A stretch of DNA of 64,000 nt, taken from the NCBI GenBank assembly GCA_951406725.2, contig OX597823.1, positions 2,542,001-2,606,000 on the forward strand. The letters run 5' to 3'. Both the position numbers and the translations under genes were made by a program. Below are positions 10,315 to 40,083 of this stretch, piece by piece (the first letter of the stretch is position 1; the number at the start of each line of letters is the position of its first letter). A model generated the notes under the pieces. It saw only the letters and a list, made by a program, of their open reading frames with translations. It did not search any database and was not told the origin of the DNA. Origin of the DNA: Octopus vulgaris. Taxonomy: Eukaryota.

Positions 10315-13262
10315 ACATCAGAGGACTACTAACACACAGTAACAGGACAAAAGTCCCGTTCTTGAGAGACTTTGTTGCATGCAATCAAGCCTTATGCATA
10401 GCACTTACGGAAACACACCTGAAACCGGACATAGCCGATGCGGAATTACACATACCACAGTATGTTGTACTACGGACCGACAGAAAAGAAAGGAGTCATG
10501 GAGGAGTTGCTATGTACATCCGTGAGGACCTCACACCCCAGGTCCTTTTGTCATACTCAAACTCGGTGTGTGACACACTAATTGTACATGTAAGGCAACT
10601 TGGTGTAGTTGTGTGTGCTACATATCGCCCTCCAGATGCCCCAGGCCATGTAGGCAAGTTTGAGGACTGCCTTATAAAAATAGAAGAAGTTCTAGTCACA
10701 CTAGAACAGCACATAAGTGTACTTCTCATGGGAGACTTCAACCTACCCAATGTCAGATGGCCCGAGGGCTTTTCTCTCCCAGGAATGACACGATGTGAAC
10801 GGGGACAGGCGAGGTCCCTCCTGAACCTCATCAACACCCTGTACATGGAGCAAGTAATACTCCAACCAACCAGGGCAAGTAACACACTGGATCTCTGCTT
10901 CACAAATAATATGGATCTCATCCATAATGTGAAAGTGACACCGACACTACTCTCGGATCACAATATGGTAGAGCTGACCATGTACGGGCCAAAGGAAAGC
11001 ATGGACATGCAGCCTACAAGAAACTCTCAGAATCTTTCCAGCTTGAACTTCAATAAGGCAAACTGGAAACAAATTGAGAAAGAGATCCTCAAACAAAACT
11101 GGCCTGAATGTCTCTCCTCGCCGGACATCGACATGAAACTTCAACAATTCATGTCTGTAATGCAAGCCATATGCTACAAGTGTGTCCCAGAGAGAAAGGC
11201 CACTGTACACAAGAACAAAATCCCCAGAGAGAGGAAAATTTTAATGAGACGGCGTACAAAAATTTCAAATCGCCTAAACAAACAAATTGAAAGCAGTGAA
11301 AAGTCCCGCCTGAAAATAAAACTATTGGAAATTGAGAAATGTCTGCAACTCTCCCATGAAAAGGAAAGAGCAGACAAAGAAGCCTGGGCTATAGACAACA
11401 TAAAAACAAACCCCAGAGCTTTCTACAGGTATGCCAAAGAAACAGCTACGGTGCACTGTAGGATAGGGCCACTCCTTGAAAAGGATGGCACACTCACAGG
11501 AAAACCAATGAGGGTAAGTGAAATACTGAATGAGCAATTCAAGAGTGTTTTCACTCCACCCCTTGGGCATTTCCAAATCAGCAATCCAACTGACTTCTTT
11601 ACCACTGCAGGTATAAAATCAGAGGCGGCGACGATAAATTACATCGATATAAAGGAAGACGATGTAATAAAGGCTATAGATGAAATGAAAACAGACTCAG
11701 CTATTGGCCCCGATGGATTCCCGGCAATCCAACTAAAAGTATGTAAGAGAGTCCTAGCAAGCCCACTGCAGTTCCTCTTTCAGAGCTTCCTTGCAGCTGG
11801 CAAACTTCCAAGAAAACTGAAGGAAGGTAAAATATGCCCTATTCATAAAGGAGGTAGCAGAGCGGAGGCCAAGAACTACAGACCTATCTCTCTCACCTCA
11901 CACATCAGCAAGGTCATGGAACGAATAGTCAGAAGGAAACTAATCACCTTCCTTGAAGAAAATGACTTGCTGCCTGACACCCAACATGGTTTCCGACCAG
12001 GAAGAAGCTGCTTAACTCAGCTCCTACAACACTATGACTGGGTGCTGAAACAACTGCTCAACCACTCAAATGTGGAAGTCATATATCTCGACTTTGCAAA
12101 GGCCTTTGATAATTTCGATCATGGAATGATATGTCACAAACTGCGTGATCTTGGCATAGTTGGAAAATTGGGAGAATGGCTTCATGACTTTCTGAAGAAT
12201 AGAAGTCAGGTGGTAACAGCCAATGGGGCCACTTCCATTAACACGCAAATAATGAGCGGTGTTCCGCAGGGCACTGTTTTGGGACCACTACTGTTCATAA
12301 TGGCCCTCACAGACATGCCCTCAGCCACGCAGAGAGCTACGATCACAAGTTATGCAGATGATACAAAAGTTTCACAGGCAATACAGAACCCTGAGGACAC
12401 TAAGCACCTGCAATGTGAGCTGGACGGAATATACAAGTGGGCTGAAAAGAATAGCATGCAGTTCAATGCTGAAAAGTTTCAAGCTTTATACTATCAGCAT
12501 GCAAAACTGAATGCAATACCCAATGAATACACTGGACCCGGAGGGATTGCAATCCCAGAGGCACAATCAGTGCGTGACCTGGGTATTCACATGAGTGATG
12601 ACGCGACCTTTCATGTACATGTTGCTAAACTGGCAATGAAATGTAGACGGCTGGCTGGATGGATTCTTAGAACCTTCAGAACAAGAGAACAAGAAACCAT
12701 GATGGTCCTCTGGAAGACACTTGTCCTAAGCCACTTTGACTATTGCTCTCAGCTATGGTCACCATCCAGTGTCAAGATGATCACAGAACTTGAGGCGATC
12801 AAACGAAGCTACACGAAGAAGATAGCCTCTGTGCAGCATATGAGCTACAGGGAAAGACTCAAGAGATTAAAGCTCTATTCGCTGGAGCGTAGGCGAGAAA
12901 GATATGCCACAATATATATCTGGAAGATCCTGGAAGGACTTGTCCCAAACTTTGGCATCGAGAGTCACACAAATGCCAGAACCGGGCGCCATTGCGTAGT
13001 ACCAAGGACTCCAAATTTGCCATCAAGATGTAGGACAAGATATTGTGATAGCCTGGGCTTCAGAGGCCCACAGCTCTTCAATATCCTCCCAAAGAACCTC
13101 AGGGACCTGCATGGTGTAGATGCGGATGTCTTTAAAGTAGGACTGGACCTCTTCCTGTCAGGTGTCCCGGATGAACCAACTTCACGGCAGGAGGTGCAGA
13201 TGAGGGCAGCTGCATCGAACTCTCTCATGCATCAGATGGCGTTTGCTAAAAAGCATCCGTGA
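10158..13262 (+). CDS. LINE B ORF2: APE endonuclease plus reverse transcriptase, uninterrupted
   Basis: NIRGL, LTETHL, GDFN, LDL and SDH (endonuclease); YRPISL, QHGF, GVPQG and YADD (RT). The true start is uncertain: the track starts at GTG, and the frame opens at 10143. Confidence 0.96.
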   Translation: MHGTKDCTAANLAPSNSSSQMELPTVHKTATADGPRVDTTGNTIHLTSMLLLNIRGLLTHSNRTKVPFLRDFVACNQALCIALTETHLKPDIADAELHIPQYVVLRTDRKERSHGGVAMYIREDLTPQVLLSYSNSVCDTLIVHVRQLGVVVCATYRPPDAPGHVGKFEDCLIKIEEVLVTLEQHISVLLMGDFNLPNVRWPEGFSLPGMTRCERGQARSLLNLINTLYMEQVILQPTRASNTLDLCFTNNMDLIHNVKVTPTLLSDHNMVELTMYGPKESMDMQPTRNSQNLSSLNFNKANWKQIEKEILKQNWPECLSSPDIDMKLQQFMSVMQAICYKCVPERKATVHKNKIPRERKILMRRRTKISNRLNKQIESSEKSRLKIKLLEIEKCLQLSHEKERADKEAWAIDNIKTNPRAFYRYAKETATVHCRIGPLLEKDGTLTGKPMRVSEILNEQFKSVFTPPLGHFQISNPTDFFTTAGIKSEAATINYIDIKEDDVIKAIDEMKTDSAIGPDGFPAIQLKVCKRVLASPLQFLFQSFLAAGKLPRKLKEGKICPIHKGGSRAEAKNYRPISLTSHISKVMERIVRRKLITFLEENDLLPDTQHGFRPGRSCLTQLLQHYDWVLKQLLNHSNVEVIYLDFAKAFDNFDHGMICHKLRDLGIVGKLGEWLHDFLKNRSQVVTANGATSINTQIMSGVPQGTVLGPLLFIMALTDMPSATQRATITSYADDTKVSQAIQNPEDTKHLQCELDGIYKWAEKNSMQFNAEKFQALYYQHAKLNAIPNEYTGPGGIAIPEAQSVRDLGIHMSDDATFHVHVAKLAMKCRRLAGWILRTFRTREQETMMVLWKTLVLSHFDYCSQLWSPSSVKMITELEAIKRSYTKKIASVQHMSYRERLKRLKLYSLERRRERYATIYIWKILEGLVPNFGIESHTNARTGRHCVVPRTPNLPSRCRTRYCDSLGFRGPQLFNILPKNLRDLHGVDADVFKVGLDLFLSGVPDEPTSRQEVQMRAAASNSLMHQMAFAKKHP

Positions 13263-13370
13263 GGTAAAATCGTGTAGCAAACAATATGGCGGTGCCCCAG
13301 CATGGCCACAGCTCATTAGCTGAAACTGGAAGAATCAAAATCAAATCATATATATATATATATTTATATA

Positions 13371-13423
<53 letters not shown>

Positions 13424-13433
13424 ATATAGAAGG

Positions 13434-13483
13434 AGCTTCTACAGGACTAGTACTGTTTCATTCAGAGAAATCTTCAGGAAGCT
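13434..13483 (-). ncRNA. Type I hammerhead ribozyme motif
   Basis: AGCTTC-CTGAAGA-TTTCTCTGAAT-GAAA-CAG-tactagtc-CTG-TA-GAAGCT. Stem I is 6 bp, the core is canonical, stem III is ACAG/CTGT, the cleavage triplet is GUA, and stem II is weak. Confidence 0.7.
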
Positions 13484-13872
13484 ATTTAACAAGAATTGTA
13501 TTAGCATTTATACATTTAGGCAGGTTTAAAGGAGTGGTGGTGGGGGACTTTTGGGGGTAGGCATAGCGCAAAATGTCATACTTGGGGGAGTGGTCAAGGA
13601 GTCAGTGGTAAGTTAGATGAAAGAATAGATAAATAAAAAAATAAAAAAATAAAAAATAAAAAAATAAAATAAAAAAATAAAATAAAAAAATAAAAAAATA
13701 AAAAATATAAAAAATATATATAAAAAAAATATATATATAAAATATATATATAAAAAAATATATATATAAAAAAAGGGGGGATAGAGTTATAGGTAAATAA
13801 GGAGATTCTCACTTATACCTATACACACATGTATACGTATCTACACACACACACATACATACACATATATAT

Positions 13873-13925
<53 letters not shown>

Positions 13926-14152
13926 CCTACACATACACACATACATACATACAAATATACATATACATATATATATATATACAATCCAATACAGGCCCAT
14001 TCCCTAATTTTAATTTTATTATCTTCATTATTATCTTCAAAAGTAATAAATGAAGATAATAAAATTAAAATTAGGAATGGGCCTGTATTGGATTGTATAT
14101 ATATATATATGTATATGTATATTTGTATGTATGTATGTGTGTATGTGTAGGT

Positions 14153-14188
<36 letters not shown>

Positions 14189-14564
14189 ATATATGTGTAT
14201 GTATGTGTGTGTGTGTAGATACGTATACATGTGTGTATAGGTATAAGTGAGAATCTCCTTATTTACCTATAACTCTATCCCCCCTTTTTATATATATATT
14301 TTTATATATATATTTTATATATATATTTTTTTTATATATATTTTTTATATTTTTATTTTTTTATTTTTATTTTATTTTTTTATTTTATTTTTTTATTTTT
14401 ATTTTTTTATTTTTTTATTTATCTATTCTTTCATCTAACTTACCACTGACTCCTTGACCACTCCCCAAGTATGACATTTTGCTATGCCTACCCCCAAAAG
14501 TCCCCCACCACCACTCCTTTAAACCTGCCTAAATGTATAAATGCTAATACAATTCTTGTTAAAT

Positions 14565-14614
14565 AGCTTCCTGAAGATTTCTCTTGAATGAAACAGTACT
14601 AGTCCTGTAAAGCT
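14565..14614 (+). ncRNA. Hammerhead motif, second arm (1-nt indels in stem I and loop II)
   Basis: AGCTTC-CTGAAGA-TTTCTCTTGAAT-GAAA-CAG...CTG-TA-AAGCT. Confidence 0.6.
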
Positions 14615-14697
14615 CCTTCTATATAATAAATTAATCTTACTCTGCTATGTATTGAGTACCTTACTTACTGTGGTTAACCCCGAATCAACCCGGGACC

Positions 14698-32635
<17,938 letters not shown>

Positions 32636-32656
32636 TTATATATACAAATATATATA

Positions 32657-35600
32657 TAAACTTAGACTTAGATAAACTTAGATATGTTTCGACCAAAGAT
32701 TGGTCCAGGCCATGTCTAACTTAATAGCACCACCTGATAGGATTATTCGAATCCTGTTTAAGTCAAGTTTTGTTCAAGTAGTGAGTTCTTATTGGGTGAG
32801 TTGTATCCAGTTTTGTTCAAGTAGTGAGTTCTTGTTGGGTGAGTTGTATCCAATTATGGGTGGCTTATCTGGTATTTTTTGAATGAATCTATCCAGACTC
32901 TGTTTAAAGTTGATGGGATCCTTTTCCTCTTTGATCTCTCTCGGGACAATGTTAAATAGGGCAGGGCCTGTTGAGAAAAAGAAATTATGTTGCAGTGTAC
33001 ATGTATGTTGTGATCTTGAATTGGGCAGGGGACGTATAGCCCGTGGTCCAAGTCTTGGATGAACCTTGAAGCTAATGTTTAGGTCGTTTGGGCAAAGTTG
33101 GCGGTATATTTTCCACATCGTACACATGATGTACCGCTCACGGCGACGCTGGAGGGAGTAAAGTTTCAAGGCTTTAAGGCGATCCCAATAATCGAAAGCA
33201 GCCATGCCTTCAATGCGTTTAGTGAGTGCCCTCTGGGGTGACTCAATTCTGGAGATGTTTTGTCTTGTGTGAGGAGACCACAGTGGGCAGCAGTATTCAA
33301 GGTGTGGCCGTACAAAGGAGGAAAAATGTGGTATGATGACACCTTGTTCTCTGGACCGGAAAGTTCTTAAGATCCAGGAACTCATCCTACGAGCTATATC
33401 GACCTTCTTGTTGATGTGTGCACTCCAACTGAGATCGTCATCAACAATTACACCCAGGTCTCTGATATTGTTAGAGGCTGTGAGCGGTTCCCCTGAAGGA
33501 AGAGAGTATGGCTGTTTTAGTGAGGAGTTTCTTCCAAAATGCATCAGCTCAAATTTTCCCTCGTTCAGTTGCATTTTGTTTCTGTCTGCCCATTGACTCA
33601 CAGCATATAGATCAGACTGGAGTTGAGTTCGGTCTGCTTCTTCATTGACGATTTGCTGGAGCTTGGTGTCATCAGCAAATATTTTCACTTTGCCGTAATG
33701 TACGACACTGGAAAGGTCGTTTATGTAGATTATGAAGAGTAGCGGACCCAAGACAGTCCCCTGGGGGACACTGCTGGTGACTTTTGCTGGGCTTGAGTGG
33801 ACTCCATCAACTACAACATGTTGTGTTCTATTCGCCAGGAAATACTTGATCCAGTGTAGAACTTTTCCACGGATTCCAACATTTGCCAATTTTGAGAGTA
33901 GGATATTATGGTCTACCCTGTCGAACGCTTTACTGAAGTCAAGATATATGACATCAGAGTTCGAACCTGTTCCCAAGGCTTTGAGTCCATCTCCAATGTG
34001 GTGTAAGATCTGTGTTAGACAGTCCCTGCCACAGCGAAAGCCATGCTGATTTGCATTTAGGAGTTTCTGGGTCTCCAGGAAGTCAGCCAACCTTGATCTT
34101 AACACTCTTTCAAACACTTTGATGATGTGGGAGGTGAGTGAGATTGGGCGATAGTTGAGTGCGAGGAATATGTTTCCCTGTTTGAAAACCGGGATGACTG
34201 ACTGGGATAGAAACTGTTTTGGTATATAACCTGCATCTAACGAATTTCTCCAGAGGTTGGTCAGAGGGACTGCAAGTTGGTGTCTACATTCCTTCAGGAG
34301 ACTAGCGGGGAATCTATCAGGGCCTACAGCAGAGTAGTATTTGACCTCATTTATTGCTGCTACGATGTCAGTGGGAGTGAAGATTATGTCTGAGATTTTA
34401 TGTTGGGAGTCAACTTCGTTCGCTTCTCTTACGTCAATATCAGTGGGAACACTAAAGACAGAGCAGTATTGTTTCTGCAGTATTTCTGCCATTTCTTTAG
34501 CATCGTGTTGGGGAATGCCGTTAGCATCAATTAATGGCCCAATGGGTGAGACAGTGGTTCTATGCTTATTTGCATAGGAATAGAACACTTTTGGGTTCTG
34601 TTTGATGTTTTTGATTACCCACTGTTCCTCCGCAGCTCTTTGGTTTTCAATGGAGGTTTTCATGTCGTTCTGCAGATGAAGTTTTTCCAGCTCTAGCCTT
34701 TTCATTGTTGTTGAACGTGGATGTTGTTTGTGGGAATATTTTAATTGGTTGATTTTTTTGTTAAGTCTTTTGATGCGCCTGATGAGTGTTTTCTTATTTT
34801 TAGGGAGCCGATTTCTGTTTGTGTTAGTAGATTTCGTGGGAGCGTGTTTAGAGCATGTATATGTGACAATGTTTTCAAAGTGCTGCCATGCGGTCTCAAT
34901 ATGGGTGGAATTGAGAGTAAAAGACCAGTCGATGAAAGACAGATCCTTTCTGATTGCTCCCCAGTCTGCTTTGTGGAAGTTTATGTTATCAAATGAGTGC
35001 CATGGAGTGGGATTGGCTGGTTTGGTTTTTATATGTCGGGAATTGAAATTGCAGAGTACCATGTCGTGATCTGAGAGGAGAGTTTTTTCAACTGAAATAC
35101 TGTGAACAAAGCTAGAGTGATTGGTCAATACCAGATCCAAGATCGTTTTATTCTGTCTCGTTGGTTCGAGCACAAGCTGAGTCAGGAAGTATTCATCCAT
35201 TAGATTAAAGAGCAGTTCCGCTGCTGCTCTATCTGATGTAGAGCACTTGCCTAACTTTAGAGTATTTGTGGGCCAGTTCACATGAGGGAGGTTAAAATCA
35301 CCCATCACTAGTATGTTTCCGGAGTGGTACTTCCGAAGGAAGGACTTGACTTTGCTAAGGCACTCTTCAAAGCACTTTAAAGGTGCTTGGGGAGGCCTGT
35401 AAAGACCAACAATGACTATGTCCTTGGCCTTGCTGAATAGTGATACCGATTCACAATAGCCATTGGAAAATATGTCCTTGGCATCAAGTGAGAAGGAGTC
35501 ATGGATAAAGATGGCTGTCCCTCCTTTATTTCGGTTTGTACGATCCGCACGAACAATGGTGAAATCTTTTATTTTCACCTCGGCGTCTATATGGGTGTTG

Positions 35601-35858
35601 TTCAGGTGAGTCTCGGTAAGGATAAAGAAAGGGAAGCAATGTGTCGTTTCGGCAAGCCAACTCTCTATATATGGGATCTTCCATTTTTGGGCAATAATTG
35701 ATGGGTTGATGCCACGTACATTTAATAGGAATGTCGAGGTAAGTGAAGTTTGATGTTTGCATTGTTCTAAGTTGTTCAGTGGTAACAATGTGGGTAGTTC
35801 TTGTATGGAGCTGTGTGTGTATGATTTTCTTGTTGGTAGTGGGTGTGTGGTCACATAT
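32657..35858 (-). mobile_element. LINE family A copy A3, truncated in the ORF1/ORF2 overlap
   Basis: Complete ORF2, an ORF1 remnant ...YPHCYH* (stop at 35776-35778), and the same 3' tail as A2. Confidence 0.93.
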
Positions 35859-35875
35859 ATTATGGTTACAGTCAA
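32789..35875 (-). CDS. LINE A3 ORF2: APE endonuclease plus RT, uninterrupted
   Basis: NVRG, LTETHL, GDFN, SDH, NYRPISL, VPQG, FADD. The first few codons come from flanking DNA, and the first real Met is inside the endonuclease. Confidence 0.93.
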   Translation of the reverse strand: MTVTIIYVTTHPLPTRKSYTHSSIQELPTLLPLNNLEQCKHQTSLTSTFLLNVRGINPSIIAQKWKIPYIESWLAETTHCFPFFILTETHLNNTHIDAEVKIKDFTIVRADRTNRNKGGTAIFIHDSFSLDAKDIFSNGYCESVSLFSKAKDIVIVGLYRPPQAPLKCFEECLSKVKSFLRKYHSGNILVMGDFNLPHVNWPTNTLKLGKCSTSDRAAAELLFNLMDEYFLTQLVLEPTRQNKTILDLVLTNHSSFVHSISVEKTLLSDHDMVLCNFNSRHIKTKPANPTPWHSFDNINFHKADWGAIRKDLSFIDWSFTLNSTHIETAWQHFENIVTYTCSKHAPTKSTNTNRNRLPKNKKTLIRRIKRLNKKINQLKYSHKQHPRSTTMKRLELEKLHLQNDMKTSIENQRAAEEQWVIKNIKQNPKVFYSYANKHRTTVSPIGPLIDANGIPQHDAKEMAEILQKQYCSVFSVPTDIDVREANEVDSQHKISDIIFTPTDIVAAINEVKYYSAVGPDRFPASLLKECRHQLAVPLTNLWRNSLDAGYIPKQFLSQSVIPVFKQGNIFLALNYRPISLTSHIIKVFERVLRSRLADFLETQKLLNANQHGFRCGRDCLTQILHHIGDGLKALGTGSNSDVIYLDFSKAFDRVDHNILLSKLANVGIRGKVLHWIKYFLANRTQHVVVDGVHSSPAKVTSSVPQGTVLGPLLFIIYINDLSSVVHYGKVKIFADDTKLQQIVNEEADRTQLQSDLYAVSQWADRNKMQLNEGKFELMHFGRNSSLKQPYSLPSGEPLTASNNIRDLGVIVDDDLSWSAHINKKVDIARRMSSWILRTFRSREQGVIIPHFSSFVRPHLEYCCPLWSPHTRQNISRIESPQRALTKRIEGMAAFDYWDRLKALKLYSLQRRRERYIMCTMWKIYRQLCPNDLNISFKVHPRLGPRAIRPLPNSRSQHTCTLQHNFFFSTGPALFNIVPREIKEEKDPINFKQSLDRFIQKIPDKPPIIGYNSPNKNSLLEQNWIQLTQ

Positions 35876-37009
35876 TCTTCAGGTTAATTGAAATATTTTA
35901 ATAATAATCAGAAATATTATTAAACTAGAAACTTAAAACTTAACAATTGTGATTATATCAAAATCAATTATAATGTTAAATATTAATTTTAATTTATAAG
36001 GTAGGAAACCCACCTATAATTTAATATCGGTAATAGTCTATATCTAATTACATAAATAGTTTTAAAAAATAACTATTATATATAAATTATCAATGAAAAT
36101 ATATAAATGTATATAAATATTATAATTAAGATCTAAAATAATCTCTTGTTATTTATGTTCAAATGAGTTTAAGGAAATTTTATTTTTTAAGCATGATAAT
36201 TTAGTGAATATCTGGGATGAGCGCAAAATAAAATGCAGACGCAAGTTACTTTACTTATATAATAAATTTCTTGATAAATAATCAATATTTATTAGCCTTA
36301 ATTAGCTCCTTATTTGTTGATTTATGTAATAGTATTCTAAATATAGCAGGTGATTTGTAGTACTTATTCTATTAGTTTATTTTTGTTATTTAGGTTCTGC
36401 TTTTAATTATAGTTAGATTATATATAATTGTTTATTTTATTACTAAATATTTTATTACTAAATATATTTTTTAATAAGTATTTAATGGTTTATTGAATAT
36501 AGAGTTTGGTAAGTTACAATTTTATTTATCTTTTAATAAAGTTAAGTTTATATATTTTGTTATATTTCTGTTATAATTTTGTTAAATTATAATTTTGTTA
36601 TATCAATCTATTTGTATGTAATCTCTTTATATTTGAAATAGATTTATTTAGTTGTTTATTTAATCTATTTTATTTAATATAGAAGTATAGATTAGTAAGA
36701 TTAAATGTTTAGATTAAACTTAACGTTTACCTCTATTTTTGAATTGTAGTATGAATATAGACATTTATATACGTATTTATTATATGATATATGTGTTTGG
36801 GTGTGTATGTATATAAATTTATTTATGTGTGTGTGTGGGGGTGAGTGTATATAGGTGTATGTGTATATATTGAGTATTGTATGTATGTACACGTATGTAT
36901 GTGTGTGCATATGAGTATGTGTGTATATGCGTGTATATATGTGTGTATATATGTATATGTATGTGTGTGTGTATGTATGTGTATATATATATGTATATAT
37001 GTATGTATA

Positions 37010-37094
<85 letters not shown>

Positions 37095-37879
37095 GTATGT
37101 ATATTTATGTATATATGTATACGTATGTATAGTTATACTGCAAATTTTGATAAGTATTTTAGAGATTTTGGTTATGATCACTAATTTCAGCTTATAATTA
37201 TAAGAGCATGGGGAAAGACTTTATAGTACGATGAGGGGTTACTATAGAAAATTTTTTTTTATATATTTATTAATCATATTAGATTTTTAGAATATATTTA
37301 ATAATTAGTGGTTTTTAATCATTTAAATTATTTAATTTATTTTGTATTAAGTATTAATTATCATAGTTATTTTATTCAGAAATCTTATAGTATAGAGTGA
37401 TTTTATTCTTTATTTGTGACTTCATTCTATTTACACTAATAAACCATTAATCTTCATTGATAAAGCGTATTTGTTCCTCACGATTAATGAATTCTTCAAC
37501 AATTTAATCTTTCTTTGCTAATAACGTAATTCCACGAGTATTCTTATAAACGCTGTAAAGACGTTTTCCGATTCAAAATTTTAGTTCATTACAAAACCTC
37601 GCTAAGATAAGTATTTATTTATATTTAAGATCTTTAAATTGTAAATTTTAATATTTTATTAGTCTTTGGTGTAACAATATTTTCCTTATGTAAATATCGT
37701 TGTTTATGTAATGATCTAATTATCGTAATTTTCTATATTATTAGATATTAAATTTAAGTTTATTCGTAAGATACTACTTAGCGATAGATTTATGTTTGAT
37801 AGCAAATATACGAAGTGTCTAAAGTTAGGCTTTTGTATATACATATGTTAATTGTAGTTTTAAATTTCTTATGATTAAA

Positions 37880-37951
37880 ATTAGATAAACTTTCATAAAC
37901 TTAGATATGTTTCGACTAAAGATTGGTCCAGGCCATGTCTAATTAAATAGC
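37880..37951 (-). mobile_element. ~70-bp 3' tip of LINE family A
   Basis: AAACTTAGATATGTTTCGACTAAAGATTGGTCCAGGCCATGTCTAA matches 1751-1796. Confidence 0.85.
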
Positions 37952-38438
37952 GTAAGTTAGTTATTGTCTTTTAAAATGGATATTCGCTAGTTATTCCCAT
38001 TGATAATTATATTTATAGTATTTATAGTATTTTTTCGATACTACATAACTACGAATTGATTATTTCTATAAGTATTTTACATAAGATTTCTGAATGTTCG
38101 TTTAAGTTTGTATGTTTGTATTTTTGAAGTTAGTTATTTCATTTTTAAATATGAAAAATTAACTTATTAGGTTTTTATTATATGTGCATATATATTTATT
38201 TATAGAGATTATTTTAGATCTTAATTATAATATTTATATACATTTATATATTTTCATTCATAATTTATATATAATAGTTTTTTTTTTTTTTTAGGAATTA
38301 CGGAGATGTACTCGCATAGCAAGTAATTTGATCTGAGATCGTGTGCTGAAACGAAAACAATTGCAGCGTGGAAGGTGTTTATAAGCCATTTAAGAAACAC
38401 ACAAAAGCCGTTCGATTCACTTAAACATTTAAGTTTAA

Positions 38439-38488
38439 TTTGTCAAAATATTTTCGTCGCTAAAATCCGCGACCTGTTCACTGACAAA
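38439..38488 (-). ncRNA. Same hammerhead-like motif in the inverted pseudo-LTR
   Basis: Exact reverse complement of 40916-40965. Confidence 0.6.
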
Positions 38489-40030
38489 GTCCGTGCTGCA
38501 TCTAAGAAAGTAACAGTTAGTTCGTCATATATATGTACGTATGTATGTGTGTATGTATGCATACATGTGTGTATGTATGTACGTATGCATGTACGTACAT
38601 ACGCCTGTGTATGCATGTATGTATGTATGTATGTATGTATGTATGTATGTATGTATATATGTATGTGTGTGTATATGCACGCACATACACTCTATAAAAC
38701 ATAAAGCTATAAACCTGTAGCGATGGATGGATGTAGAGTGACCACTCATCACAAAGCTATCAAATTTCAACTTCCTACGGCCGAAGCTAGAAAGTGATTT
38801 ACGACGCTTACTCCCAAAACTATACCCTAAAATCTATTATCAGATCTCCCTCTAAACACCCCAATAAACGATTACCCGTCCTAGATACTGAGCTATGGAT
38901 GGAAGATGCTATGGTTAATGGTACCATTAAACCCTGTATACTCCACTTACACTATCAGAAACCGATGGCTAATCCACTAGTAATCCGTAGTGACTCAGCT
39001 ATGTCGGATACTGCCAAACTCAACATCCTAGTGGCAGACTTCGTTAGAATAATGAGGAATGTATCACCACTATGCCAACCACAAGAACGACAACAACACA
39101 TCCAGCACTACATATTCCGAATGCAACGCTCCGGATACACACAAGACGATAGAGTCAGGGTGTACAAAGGAGCGAAAGCTAGATTCGAACGCATTCTAAG
39201 GAACGACGAAAACGGTATATGCCCCCTGTACCGCAACAAGTTCTGGAATAGGTTAGAGAGGGACACCAACAAAAAGATGAGAAACGTTACTTGGTACGAT
39301 AAAAGGAGATTTCACGGAGTGATGTTCGTTGACGCCACACCTAAGAACGAGCTAAGTAAGGCATTCAAGAAATCCTGCGCACTACGGGCCTAAAAGTTAA
39401 AGTTGTAGAAAAGACAGGTAGGACTATCAAATCGGCATTATGCAGATCATATCCATTTGATAGAATCACCCGTCAAAGTAATTGTGCAGTATATTCGACA
39501 AATCCACATGTAAATTGTAAAACCAAGGGCACTGTATACCAGATTAAGTGCCAGGAGGGAGCTTGCGCGACTAACCCAGTCATACATAAGTGAGACTTCT
39601 AGAAGCATCAATGATAGGTTCAAAGAACACCTGGACAACTACATTGAAAGGAAGCCAAACTCCATCTTCTACCAACATGCTGTAGACTGCCACAAGGGAT
39701 CCTTAGGGAAGCTTATGTTGAACATCCTATCAACACATCCCACCGATGCAATGTTGAGACAGGTCACAGAAGCTGTTTGTATACAAGAATACAAACCTAC
39801 TCTCAACCGAAAGTCCGAATGGAGTAACATCCAGATCCCATTCAGAAGGACTATTCTATAACCACCCCTCTCTCTCTCTCCCTTTTACCTGTAGTCCTTA
39901 CATACAGGTTGCAATGCGTATGTGCAGTTATATACAACGGTATGAGCGGACGTTGTTTGATACGTACAGTTGCACTTAGGCGTTGTATCCATTCACGGTT
40001 AGACGATGATGAGAGGAACAAACACACACC

Positions 40031-40083
<53 letters not shown>

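Larger units (their letters stand above)
8096..13349 (+). mobile_element. Full-length LINE family B (APE-RT; CR1/Proto2-like, clade not confirmed)
   Basis: 1.3-kb 5' UTR, intact ORF1 and ORF2, short 3' UTR with a stem-loop and AATCAA tail. (TA)n on both flanks. Confidence 0.92.
13418..14700. mobile_element. Long palindrome, probably inverted Penelope-type pseudo-LTRs
   Basis: Arms 13418-14029 and 14049-14629 are reverse complements with a ~19-nt spacer. Each arm has a hammerhead fold near its outer end. Sits in (TA)n. Confidence 0.75.

Noticed and set aside
35876-38290. Mitochondrial insertion (NUMT)
   Set aside because: No recognisable mitochondrial protein, rRNA or tRNA sequence by eye; origin left open.
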